DNA of 64,000 bases from Octopus vulgaris (GCA_951406725.2 OX597832.1:25978001-26042000), one strand, 5' to 3'; shown: positions 27,640 through 41,106, numbered from the stretch's first letter. The notes: a model not told the origin generated them from the sequence alone. Program-made: numbers and translations.

Positions 27640-28866
27640 ATTCATCCTTTCTGGTTTTCTCTCCAACCCTTCCCTATTCTTCTCTCTCCTTCACTGTTCC
27701 CTCTCTCTTACTCCTCCTCCTCCTCCTCGACTCTCTCTTCACTGACACGTGATCAGAGGGAAGCCATCTTTCCAACTCCTATCTTCACCACACCAAGACC
27801 AAACCAGCGTATCCTGTCTCTTTCATAAGCTGTCTCCATAAAACCTTCAGAATAATCTTTCCATCGTCTTGGCTTAACAGCCCTCATCGTTTGTTTTTAT
27901 TGTTTTGTTCTCATTGTTCTGTCTTTTACTGTTTTTACTTTTTTATTGCTTTTACTGTCTTGTTCTCTCTGTCCTGTTCTTGTTACCTCTTTTACCCTCC
28001 ACAAAAAATCCCAAATTTCATTTAATTTGCTTTGCGGGAAGCAAATTATATCTAGAAGATTTCCTCTCGTCACCGATTCTTAACTTACGCAGAATACGCA
28101 CATGTTTCCACACACACACACACACACACACACGCATGCATGCATATATGTTTAGCATATATGCATTGCTAAGGTTGTTTTCTATCTAAATTTCTGTTTT
28201 AAACCGAAAGCTTCCATAATGGTCTTACATTCCAGTTAATTAATTCAAATGAAACTAGTTTTTATCGACACAACTCTCAACTATTTTTATTCAACTTTCA
28301 ACTCTTACCATCTCCGCAAAGTGACGAGAAAAACGCTTTTAAACTTTTGGTCAACTATCGGGAAAAAAATGTTGCTTGTCTTTCGGGGCAAAAAGCAAAT
28401 TGTCTTTTGGGTTTTTTGTTTTTTTTTTTTGGTTTTTTTTTTTTTGGTATTCTGTTGACAACTTTTTCCAGTCGAAAATGCAATTTAACAAAAAGTATAT
28501 TTATTCCGTAATTTTTTTTAATTATTTCTTTGCATTTCTAAGTCTTTCTTACGTCTGGATATTTAACAGGAACACTTCTAAAGTCTCCGTTATACTTCAG
28601 AATATTGACGCAAACATTTCTCTGAGATTAAGACGAACTCTTCGCAAACAGCTAGCTGTGGGTTCGATCCCACAATGTTACTACTGAAACAGCCAGCAAT
28701 TCAGGCACATTTTTTCCTCTCTCCCATTTCCCTTTTCCTCTTCCCATCTGTTTTCTCACGTCATTCGTTTCAATAGAAGGTCGTAGGCTCGAAACGTCGA
28801 AGAATTCTCCCATTTTTCCTGGGCGTCAAACTGGTACATCTTGTTCGTTATTCCTCACCTCTCTTT

Positions 28867-28967
<101 letters not shown>

Positions 28968-29046
28968 CATATATATATATATACATATATATATATACAT
29001 ATATATATATACATATATGTATACATATATATATATATATACATAC

Positions 29047-29272
29047 TGGGAATCTTCTATCCGGCAGTCGCCATGATAGATCGGTAGCCACTACACACAC
29101 TTTTCTTTCTCTCCTTGTTTCTCTCCTTGTTTTTTTCTGTGTCCCCTTTCCGTAGAAGAGCGTAGGCTCGAAACGTAAAAGACTTTTTCTATTCTTGAGC
29201 ATTATACTAATACATATGTTTGTTTGTACACCACCTGTCTTCGTCTTTTGTTTTTTTCGTAAACTCTCCCTA
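29047..29272 (+). mobile_element. Short (TA)n-embedded element with hammerhead-like motif, longest copy
   Basis: 29146-29181 reads CTTTCCGTAGAAGAGCGTAGGCTCGAAACGTAAAAG; body shared with 33226-33430. Confidence 0.8.
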
Positions 29273-29529
29273 TATGTATATATATACGCTGTATAAACAA
29301 GCATACACACATTTATTAATATATATTAATACCTATACAGTTAGTGTATGAATACATATGTATATGTTTATATATACACATATACATATATATACAAGTA
29401 CGTGCATATGTATTAATATATATATTAATAAATGTGTTTGCTTGTTTATTGTAATTGTTTTAAACTTAATGCTACCAAGCTTACGCCTTCACGCTAACAT
29501 TGTTTTAATATTTCAGGTATTATGAGCAT

Positions 29530-29695
<166 letters not shown>

Positions 29696-30952
29696 ATGTT
29701 TCTTTATTAGCCACACAGGGCTGCACACAGATAGAACAAATTACAAGGTAGAGCTTTTCTTTTGAAGGTTTAAAAAAAAAAAGGAAAGGGGGGGAGTTTC
29801 GATCAAATGGGATCGTAAAAGGAGAGAAAGAGGACAAAAAAAGGGGGGGTTAAAAAAAAGGGGGAGAGGAAAAAAAATTGATTAATAGGGATCGTTATCA
29901 CAGAAATGTCAATATGAAGTGTAAAGGGAGGACAGGTGAGGTTTACCCGTGGAAAGAAAAGCCTACGGAAAAGACCACGGTAACCTCGGTCAATGGAGTC
30001 ACATGTTATATTTCTTTTTTTTTTTTTGCGAATAAGCAACTCTCTGTTTTCAATTTCTGGGTTCATAGGATCATGCTCAAGGTGGCTTCGTCATTCATAC
30101 GTGCCATTCTTGCTACATTCACCCATCTTTTTTTAAAACATTCGCTAGACAAAACTTGCCTCTCTACTCTCACTTTCCTTTTCAAGTGGTACTTGAAGAA
30201 GTTGATGAGAGATTGACCAGAGAGGAAAGTGTTTGTCTCCAATCCTTTCAGACGCGTCCACCAGATACATTCTTTCGCCATAGCCACAAGGATGATGAAA
30301 ATAGCTCTTCCTTCCCGTTTGAAGGAGGGAGGCGTGACAATATTGACGATAGACTCAGCTGATAAACCGACTCGTCCCACACGTGACAGCAGTTGTTCGA
30401 CATAAGCCCACAGGTCGGAAATTGTTGGACACTGCACGAGTGCGTGCAGAACGGTTTCGTCGCTCTGACCGCATCTCGGGCAGGTCGGCCCCGTGTTTCT
30501 CGAGCCGTGTCTGTAGAGCTTATCCCGAACGGGTAGCGCTTCTCGGTAGCACTGCCAGGCCAGGGATCTCTGGAAGTTGTCCATGGGCCCTGGCCGAAAG
30601 TCGTCCTGAACAAGCGGGTCAGGTACTCCTCGTCGACGTCCAGGTTCGCCCCGAGCTCGTCGTCGTACCTCCCATCCACTAAACCCCTATAGAATGCTTT
30701 GGTTGTGTTGAAGTCACTCAAGGTCGACCCAGGACGGCAGAGTTGCTTGAGAGCAACGCGACACTCGCGGTGCCATTCGCCCTTCTTCGGCCTCTTTTTG
30801 ATCCACGACTGCAGTTCGGTCATGGAGACGAGCTGCGGGAAAGCGTGCCTCACAAACGGCGACCACACCTGTTCACCGTCGTCTACATAGAGCCAGAGAT
30901 GTCGCAGTCTCAGCGCGTGTCTGCGCATCATCAACCACGGCATGCCCAGCCC
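29696..30952 (-). mobile_element. Tx1/L1-clade non-LTR retrotransposon, 5'-truncated
   Basis: ORF2 C-terminus begins GLGMP and contains the zf-RVT motif WQCYREALPVRDKL..CPRCGQSDETVLHALVQCP; pyrimidine-rich 3' UTR ending AATAAAGAAAC; (GATA)n on both sides. Confidence 0.9.
30063..30952 (-). pseudogene. LINE ORF2 C-terminal fragment with one frameshift near 30585
   Basis: Joins ORF track entries 30248..30943 (N-terminal part) and 30063..30584 (CCHC zinc knuckle). Confidence 0.85.
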
Positions 30953-30971
30953 ATAGATAGATAGATAGATC

Positions 30972-31002
<31 letters not shown>

Positions 31003-31003
31003 C

Positions 31004-31113
<110 letters not shown>

Positions 31114-31132
31114 TAGATAGATAGATAGATAT

Positions 31133-31185
<53 letters not shown>

Positions 31186-31351
31186 AAGAAAGATAGATAG
31201 AGACTTATGTATATATGCATATATATATACATATATACACGCACACGCCTACATATATTCATATCTATATATATATATATATATATACCTACACATATAT
31301 ATCTATAAACATGAATTTTACATACACACGCTCACATACATACTTATAAAT

Positions 31352-31405
<54 letters not shown>

Positions 31406-32037
31406 ATGTATATGTATATATATATGAAAGATATGTACAGAAATGCAAAATATAAAAGTGTAGGTTAGAGAAATGTCTTCGTTTCGAAATACATTATCAT
31501 AAAACATATTTTTGCACCGAAAACTTGAAATACTGTACGCCTTGCGTAAAGGAAAATGTAAGAACCAAACTTTCAGCTTGCATTACGAAAGAAAAAGAAA
31601 AGAAAAGAAATAAAAGTAAACGCGGAATCGGTATACTTCATCCACTTAGAAGAAACACATATTCTGGGAGGAAAAACGAAAGGGAAAAAGGATGAAAGAA
31701 CTAAGTTAAAGTGTGAATTCCATTATATTTATTTCTAACGGGTCAAAGATATGTCATTATGTAAACAGGGTTCTATAGGTTACAGGTAAATGATAGCAAA
31801 GTGGTAAAGACATTCGCGAAAATAGGGATTTACATATAAAATATGCATTATTTTTACCGCCTCTCTCTCCGGACCTACTGATGAAAACCAATGCTCGAAA
31901 CGTCCAAAATCCCCTCTTTTTTCCACCAACTTAAACTAAGAGTCAACCTAATGTGTACGTCCTATTCACTTTTTTGTTTTTAATTTCGTTTTCGTTTTCG
32001 ATTTGCCTTTGTGTGTGTGTGTGTGTGTGTGTGTATC

Positions 32038-32100
<63 letters not shown>

Positions 32101-32243
32101 GTATGTAAAACTATAAATTAGGGTATCTGAGACATAATTTATAGTTTTAAATAATTATTACCTTTCTATGGTATTTATTCCCATGCTGGCCATTTGATAA
32201 GATCGATATTTAAATATCGATATTACCCTTATTTATAAATTTA

Positions 32244-32321
<78 letters not shown>

Positions 32322-32351
32322 TGTATGTATGTATGTATGTATGAATGAATG

Positions 32352-32424
<73 letters not shown>

Positions 32425-32511
32425 TAAATAAATATATATACATATATACATATGTATGTCCTCAGCTAGTGCACATGTATGTGTGTGTGATTGTATGTAT
32501 GTATGCACACA

Positions 32512-32900
32512 CTAGCTAAGTATCCCGACGTTGCCGGGCACTATTTACAATAGAATGCCTTTATTTCAATTTTTTTTACTCCATGTCAAACTATCTTTGC
32601 CGACAGATAGTCCTCTTGATCAGGATGGATTTCTGCATTATTTGGGGACAATTTGTAATGTCTCAAAAACCGATGTTATTCTTTTTGTTTTTTGTCCATA
32701 TGGTGCATAGATATAAAGATTTTTCTTGCTTCCTACTCTTAAACACCCAACATAAAGCTGACTCTGAGTAAAGCATGACTCTTCAAGATGTAAAATGGCC
32801 ACCGAAAATGCTTGCCCCTTGCAATTTGTTGATGGTCAGGGCAAAACTACGACTCAATAGAAATTGAAATCGCTTGAATTAAAATGGTGCATCGTCTCCT
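32512..32900 (-). mobile_element. Helitron 3' end with Pif1-like helicase remnant
   Basis: Reverse complement translates DAPF*FKRFQFLLSRSFALTINKLQG/QAFSVAILHLEESCFTQSQLYVGCLRVGSKKNLYIYAP (compare Helitron FAMTINKAQGQ..FSHGQLYV..SRV); terminal hairpin CCCGGCAACGTCGGG followed by CTAG|T. Confidence 0.9.
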
Positions 32901-33072
32901 GAATCCGTTCAACAGAGGTTCTTATGCCCTTATCATCTAATTGATGCATTCAACGCTCTGGTTCCTCCTGAGCTCACCGTTCCTTACACACAAGCGACAC
33001 ACACGCACTGACGCACACATACACACACACATTTATATATATATATAAATATCATAGTAATAATATATACAC

Positions 33073-33171
33073 TCCGATTTAAAGCGGCATTTTTTATATA
33101 AACAATTAACTGAAAAATGATAAGTTTATCATTTTTCGGTCAATCGTTTATATAAAAATGTCGCTTTAAAT

Positions 33172-33175
<4 letters not shown>
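33073..33175. repeat. Near-perfect ~103-bp palindrome (fold-back element)
   Basis: TCCGATTTAAAGCGGCATTTTTTATATAAAC..AAAAATGATAA, gt, TTATCATTTTT..GTTTATATAAAAATGTCGCTTTAAATCGGA. Confidence 0.92.
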
Positions 33176-33225
<50 letters not shown>

Positions 33226-33229
<4 letters not shown>

Positions 33230-33430
33230 CGCCATGATAGATCGTTAGCCACTACACACATTTTTTTCTCTCCTTGTTTCTCTCCTTGTTTTTTTCTGTG
33301 TCCCTTTCTGTAGAAGAGCATAGGCTCGAAACGTAAAAGATTTTTTCTATTCCTGAGTGTTATACTAATACATCTGTTTATTTTGTACACCACCTGTCTT
33401 CGTCTTTTGTTTTTTTCGTAAACTCTCCCT
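33226..33430 (+). mobile_element. Short (TA)n-embedded element with hammerhead-like motif
   Basis: 33304-33339 reads CTTTCTGTAGAAGAGCATAGGCTCGAAACGTAAAAG; (TA)n on both sides. Confidence 0.8.
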
Positions 33431-33458
33431 ATATATATATATATTATTATTATCATCA

Positions 33459-33532
<74 letters not shown>

Positions 33533-34108
33533 ATTATTATCATTATTATTGTATATTATTATATAGTTATTATGTACTAAGAGACTTCTATAATCACTCT
33601 ATCTCCGAAAATACAAAGCCATCCGGTTTGTTTACAAATATCATATATATATATATATATCTACATATATTAAAATTCAGGGAATAATATGCGCTTGTTT
33701 GCTTGAAAGAAGATTTAAAACTCTTCAAATCCACGCCATCTCTCACTATACGTAAACACGTACGGAGAATATAGCAAATATATTTAGAAATAATCTTGCC
33801 ATTTGTAAAAATTCAAATAGGAGTGTATATATCCAAGCATCAATTGATTTCGTTTTCCGTGTCGAACCAACACTTAAAGCTCGTCAGCTAAGCTTACTAA
33901 TATAAAATTTTTCTTTTGCTTAAATATATACGTGTGTGGTTTTGGAGAGTTTTTAACGCTTCTTTCTAGCAAACAGATGCATATTGTATCCTGACTTTTA
34001 ATATATATTTTGTATATTCGGATTATGTCTGATGGCCACTTTATCATTATTTTTTTTTTTTAAGATAATAACTTATTTGGATATTTGAACTTATTTATAT
34101 CTATACAT

Positions 34109-34273
34109 AGGTGCAGGAGTGGCTGTGTGGTAAGTAGCTTGCTTACCAACCACATCGTTTCGGGTTCAATCCCACTGCGTGGCACCTCGGGCAAGTATCT
34201 TCTTCTATAACCTCGGGCCCACCAAAGCATTGTAAGTGGATATGGTAGACCGAAAATGAAAGAAGCCTGTCGT
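34109..34273 (+). mobile_element. SINE family A, 5' half
   Basis: Head and core present. Confidence 0.88.
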
Positions 34274-34309
34274 ATGTATATATATATATAGAAAGAGAGA
34301 GAGAGAGAT

Positions 34310-34697
34310 GGGGGTGATTCAAAAGTCTCTATACATAGGAAAAAATTTTTTTATAAGAAGCAGCTTATAAGATCCCCAAGATACCCTGATCCCCTGATCC
34401 CCAGACATGACCCCTCTTGATTTCTGTCTTTGGGGGCATTTGAAAGGCATAGTGTATCGCGATAAGATAAAAGAGATAAAACATTTGAAGCAACGCATCC
34501 ACAACTCCTTTGCACACGTACCCGCAGATGTGCTATAACGAGTTCACAATGAGTTGGGTAAACATATTCCAATGTGTATTCAAAACAATAGAAACCATAT
34601 AGAGCCTGTTAAATATGTTTTTTTAAATGTTCTTATAAACTGTTGCTTATAAAAAGATAAATTGTTCCTATGTATGGCGACTTTTGAATAACCCTCT
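34310..34697 (+). mobile_element. Internally deleted Tc1/mariner element retaining the transposase C-terminus
   Basis: TIRs GGGTGATTCAAAAGTCTCTATACATAGG and reverse-complement GGGTTATTCAAAAGTCGCCATACATAGG; internal frame SPDMTPLDFCLWGHLKGIVYRDKIKEIKHLKQRI..CIQNNRNHIE. Confidence 0.88.
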
Positions 34698-34959
34698 ATA
34701 TAGAAGAAATATAAAAATATATAAAAGGAGCAAAAATACTGGCGATTCAGTATACACCACGTGACAAAATGATGAATTGAAAAAATATGTGGAAAACATA
34801 TAGAAAGTGGAAGAGAAATGCCTTCGTTTCACATAGTTTATTATCGCTTTATAAAGAATTTTTTTTAAATATATACATATTTTATGGATGTAGTGATATC
34901 CAACCGGTTTTCGCTATTGAAATTAGCTTTTCAAGGGACAGTGTGAAGTAATCAATTCT

Positions 34960-35893
34960 ATATATATGTGTATGTATGCGTATATATATGTACGTATATA
35001 CATACATATATGCGTGCATACATACATACATACATACATACATACATACATACATACATACATACATACATACATACATACATACATGCATACATACATA
35101 CATAAATATATACATACATGCATACATGCATGCATACATACATACAAACATTTATACATATATACATACATACATACATACATGCATACATACATACATA
35201 AATATATACATACATGCATACATGCATGCATACATACATACAAACATTTATACATATATACATACATGCATACAAGCATGTATACATACATACAAACATA
35301 CATTCATACATACATACATACATGCATGCATGCATACATGCATGCATACATACATACACACATACATACATACATGCATGCATACATACATATATACATA
35401 CATACATGCATACACACATACATGCATACATACATACATACATACATACATACATACATACACACATACATACATACATACATACATACACACATACACA
35501 CATACATACATACATACATACATACATACATACATACATACATACATACATACATACATACATACATACATACATACATACATACATACATACATACATA
35601 CATACATACATACATACATACATACATACATACATACATACATACATACACACATACATACATACATACATACATACATACACACATACATACATACATA
35701 CATACATACATACATACATACATACATACATACATACATACATACATACATACATACATACATACATACATACATACACATACATACATACATACATACA
35801 TACATACATACATACATACATACATACATACATGCATACATACATACATACATACATACATACATACATACATACATACATGCATACATACAT
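34960..35893. repeat. Long compound (CATA)n array
   Basis: Direct reading. Confidence 0.97.
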
Positions 35894-36418
35894 ATTGATG
35901 CTTGTTATGTGAAGTTCTACAGAAAAAGCAATTTATCATTAAACTGAAAGATTTCTCATGTTTATTCAATGTTGCAAGGAAAAGGTTAACATGTCAGTGA
36001 CTTCGAAGTTTCTGCTTGTTTGCCCTCGTCAGACTCCACTTACGTGTGTGCATATGTATGTATTTATGTATGTATGTATATATGTATGTATGTTTGTATG
36101 TATGTATGCATGTGTAAGTATATTTGTTTGTGTCTGAATATGTATATATGTATATAATGTACACACGTACACACGTACACAAACACACACAAATATTCAT
36201 ATATGTGAAGGAAAAGCCTTTTTTCTTTTATGGATGGTTTCTTGCAGGTAATTCAGTGCAATAAAGTTGCTAAATGCATATGCAGTGTTGTATGTTACAG
36301 CAGTATGAACGCTGGAATGTATAAACTGACACGAAAATATGAAATATGAAATATCCGTCATAAAAAAGTAAAAATTGTAGCAGAGTGAGGCTTATATCGA
36401 AACATGCGTGTGTGTGTG

Positions 36419-36454
<36 letters not shown>

Positions 36455-36507
36455 AGATCTTGACTTTCTATGTAAATATAGATGGATTGATAGATAGATA
36501 GACAGAC

Positions 36508-36540
<33 letters not shown>

Positions 36541-36554
36541 CACACACACACACA

Positions 36555-36596
<42 letters not shown>

Positions 36597-36796
36597 TACA
36601 TACATACATACATACATACACACACACACTCGGAAAAAGGCGTAGATGGACATCTTTCCCTGTGAGGCCTTGAGCTGGTCAGCTTGATATCAAATTGAAC
36701 TCCAATTACATGTACTGAGTGTTACGTTGTTTTTATGTTTTCTTTTTCGTTTCACGTGTTTCTATACATACACATAAATGTAAACATATATGCTGC

Positions 36797-36831
<35 letters not shown>

Positions 36832-36834
<3 letters not shown>

Positions 36835-38170
36835 GGTGTTTCAGAAGTCTTGGGCACATTTCAAGTCCTCATATCTGCTGGACAATGATTGGTAGTAAGA
36901 TGAAACTGGTATCATTTTAAAGCTAAGTTCATTAAGTTTGTTTTTTTTTGTAATGCTAATGATTTTTTCATATTTCTTCAAATGCAGTAATGGTATTCAC
37001 TAAACCAGAAAAGGCGTTTTGCATCCTTGAATTTGCAAAAACTGAATCATGGACACTTGTTCAACGTGCATTTCACACAAAATTTTGAAAAGGGGCACCA
37101 GAAAGGAAGTCCATATTGAGATGGCATGGCAAATTCGTGAAGGATGGGTGTTTGTGCCCAACTAAGAGAACGGAACGCACCTCAACTTCAGATGATACGG
37201 TTGAGCGAGTTCGAACTGCCTTCGAGCGGAGCCCCCGTAAATCGATCAGAAGAGCCAGTAGGGAACTTCAGCTTCCTACAACTTACTCTTTACTCTTTTA
37301 CTCTTTTACTTGTTTCAGTCATTTGACTGCGGCCATGCTGGAGCACCGCCTTTAGTCGAGCAAATCGACCCCGGGACTTATTCTTTGTAAGCCCAGTACT
37401 TATTCTATCGGTCTCTTTTGCCGAACCGCTAAGTGACGGGGACGTAAACACACCGGCATCGGTTGTCAAGCAATGCTAGGGGTACAAACACAGACACACA
37501 AACACACACATATACACATATATATATATATATATACATATATACGACAGGCTTCTTTCAGTTTCCGTCTTCCAAATCTACTCACAAGGCATTGGTCGGC
37601 CCGGGGCTATAGCAGAAGACACTTGCTTAAGATGCCACGCAGTGGGACTGAACCCGGAACCATGTGGTTGGTTAGCAAGCTACTTACCACACAGCCACTC
37701 CTGCGGCTATGTTTGGTGTATCTTAAAAAGACGACTGCAGACGACACCTTACAAGCTACAGTTAGTCCCAACAGTTGCAGAACACTGATAAACCACCTCG
37801 TCGTGACTTTTGCATCGTAGTGCAAGAGAAGTTTGAAGATGATGGATTTAAGGACCGGCTTGTTTTTAGCGATGAAAGGACTGGTCTATGTGTCTCCCGT
37901 TCCAAAAGACGTGGATGAAGTGAAGGCCCGAATAACGAAAGTTGATGCAGTCGTCGACAACGCAATGCTGGAACGCGTTTGGCAAGAATTGGACTATCGG
38001 CTTGATGTGTGCCGTGTGACCAACGGTGCTCACATTGAACATCTTTGAACATTCCACAAAAAAAAAAACTTGAAATTTCAAGCTTTCAGAATATATCAGA
38101 AGCGTTTTTATGTCCTTAATAGTTTTCGAGATATTCAATGTCAAAATGTGCCCAAGACTTCTGGAACACC

Positions 38171-38173
<3 letters not shown>
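36832..38173 (+). mobile_element. Defective Tc1/mariner transposon (probably rosa/DD41D-like) in (TA)n
   Basis: 30-bp TIRs CAGGGTGTT(T/C)CAGAAGTCTTGGGCACATTT; N-terminus MVFTKPEKAFCILEFAKTESWTLVQRAF..SPRKSIRRASRELQL; C-terminus KGLVY..MLERVWQELDYRLDVCRVTNGAHIEHL. Confidence 0.93.
37283..37705 (-). mobile_element. SINE family A, full length, nested in the transposase gene
   Basis: Well-preserved head, core and tail interrupt the transposase frame after ..RELQLPT. Confidence 0.93.
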
Positions 38174-38240
<67 letters not shown>

Positions 38241-38481
38241 GGAGAAAGAGGAAGGATTTGAGGTACAAAATGGAGAGAGTGAGAAAGACAATTCGATAGA
38301 GAAAGAATGATGCAATCGCAAGTCAACAACCGAGACAGCGTATTAAAATATACAAATGGATTAGCTTTATCTCTTACAAGAGATAACACTAATCCATACA
38401 TATACATAGACGCACATATAGGTACGTGTATGTGCATATATATATATATATATATATGGATAGATAGATAGATATAGATAT

Positions 38482-38524
<43 letters not shown>

Positions 38525-38556
38525 ATATATATATATATATATATGGATAGATAGAT

Positions 38557-38629
<73 letters not shown>

Positions 38630-38856
38630 TATTTACACTCACATATTCATATGTATATATGTATATCTATGTATATATGTGTGTGTGTGTGTATTGGGGA
38701 GAATTCGCAAAAGACGAAGATAGGTGGTGTAGACAACAAACAGATGTATTAGTATAATATATATATAATATTTTCTAAACGATGTTTTCTGAAACTGAGT
38801 TACGTTTTAACATTAGCGTTTCTGAGTTGCCTACAGAGACCCTTACGCCCAAAACC

Positions 38857-38945
<89 letters not shown>

Positions 38946-39520
38946 GCATTTATGAATGTGATTGTGCGTGGAACTCAAGATATGTGAAGATCTCTAGCGT
39001 GGAACTTCCAGTTTCAGTTTCAATAAAAAAAAATCATGTCCTCTACATGTATTGAGCACTCCTCACTCATCCCTTTTCATAAACCAACGTAGATATTATA
39101 TATGTGTACGTGTGTGAGTGTGTGTGTTTACGTGTGTGTATGTGTGTGTGTGTATTTAAGATTTTTTAAATATAATTAATAATCTTTCTTCAAATATCGT
39201 GACTTTATCAAGATTCGTATTTTAACACTTTTTACAATATACATATGTATATATAAATAAGTATATGCATGGATACGTTTACATATACATACATGCATAC
39301 ATGTATACACACACATACATTGATACATATATACATACATACATGCATTCATACATACATTCATACAAATGTATATGAATGTATAAATGAACGAACCTGT
39401 GTATGTATATATGTGAGTATATGTCAGTATGTATCTATGTAACAAATGTGAATGTATGCGTTTAATAACTTTACATACATTTATCTGTCTCTCCTCTTAC
39501 GAATATGTAATTATGTATGC

Positions 39521-39556
<36 letters not shown>

Positions 39557-39607
39557 ATATATATATATATATACATACATTTATATATGTACATATATAC
39601 ACATACA

Positions 39608-39649
<42 letters not shown>

Positions 39650-39707
39650 TATAGATAGTTGGATAGATATTGATATATAGATATAGATATATATATGAAT
39701 GTGTGTA

Positions 39708-39741
<34 letters not shown>

Positions 39742-40435
39742 CATCCATACGCTCACACATACATATATATGAATTCATGTATGTATCTGTTAATATATAT
39801 ATATATGGTGTGTATGTATATATGTATATATATATACATATATATATAAATATATACATATATACATACATACATACATACATACCTACATACATACATA
39901 CATACATACATACATACATACATACATACATACATACATACATACATACATTCTGTCTGTATTAGTATCTAGGCTGTAAACATAGTTTCCTGTGTTAATC
40001 CTCAGAGACAACATGCGTCTCTGACACTTCTTGAAAGAACCATTTAGAATATCGACCATTCCACGTACGAGACCCAATTTTGGTCAGAACTCTGCACCCT
40101 TCAATTGTCGACACCATATGTAATCCCTACGGTTTAAAAATGCCCAAAAATTATTTCAAAACAACGCTGGAAATGTGTTCTTGCATATATTTAATCAGTG
40201 TTTTGAAGAACCGATATTTACCTGTTCTTTATCCTTGAGTGGAATGCCGTCGTATGACTATGTCCATCTATGAATATATGTGGCTGTGTGGTAAGAAGCT
40301 TTCTCCCCAATCACATTGTACCGAGTTCGGTCCCACTGCGACACACCTTGGGCAAGTGTCTTCTACTATAGCCTCGCACCGACCAAAGCCTTTCATAGGG
40401 GTGTTGCTTGGGGTTAAAATGGCAACAAAAAATTT

Positions 40436-40956
40436 CCCACGAGAGTTCCGGACCCCAGTTATGAACTCATTTGCATACAGCCAATCACAGCTCAACTATC
40501 AAACTAATTTATGAGCACATAACAAGTGATGTGTGATAAGATAAGGTCGCTTGGGTAAGGAATGACCATGCTTTTTTCTCTTTTAATAATGCTTGTTCTT
40601 GTTCTTGATCCAACCATGACTGCCTCTGCGTAGTTATTTGTGTTGTTGTTTACTTTGTAAAGCAGTAAGAGGAGAGGGTTGCTAGCACATCACCCTCTAC
40701 TCACATTTTTCTCATCCACATCTTTACCATAAGGGGCCCAAACAAAATCCAATAATGGGTACAGGTGCAAATCTATCTGATTACTTGTCTCCTAAAATCA
40801 GGCATAACTTGGCAATCGGTCGATTTACAACGCCATTCTTCTTCTTCTTCTTGAGTTTACTTGGCAGAGTGTGTTTGTTAACTTGACAAGGCCAAGGTGA
40901 GTTCTGATTGGTTGTATGCAAATAAGTTCATTTCTGGGGTCCGGAACTCTCGTGGG
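40436..40956. mobile_element. Unclassified non-autonomous inverted-repeat element (~60-bp arms)
   Basis: CCCACGAGAGTTCCGGACCCCAG..ATTTGCATACAGCCAATCACAGCTCA at 40436-40494 is mirrored at 40898-40956. Confidence 0.75.
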
Positions 40957-41048
40957 GAAAAAAATTTGCGTGCCGCCTTGTGTTCTTCAGCGATGTCTTT
41001 TATTCTCGTTGCTGCAGTCGCCTTAATCGTAACAATTGAGAACTGATG

Positions 41049-41106
<58 letters not shown>

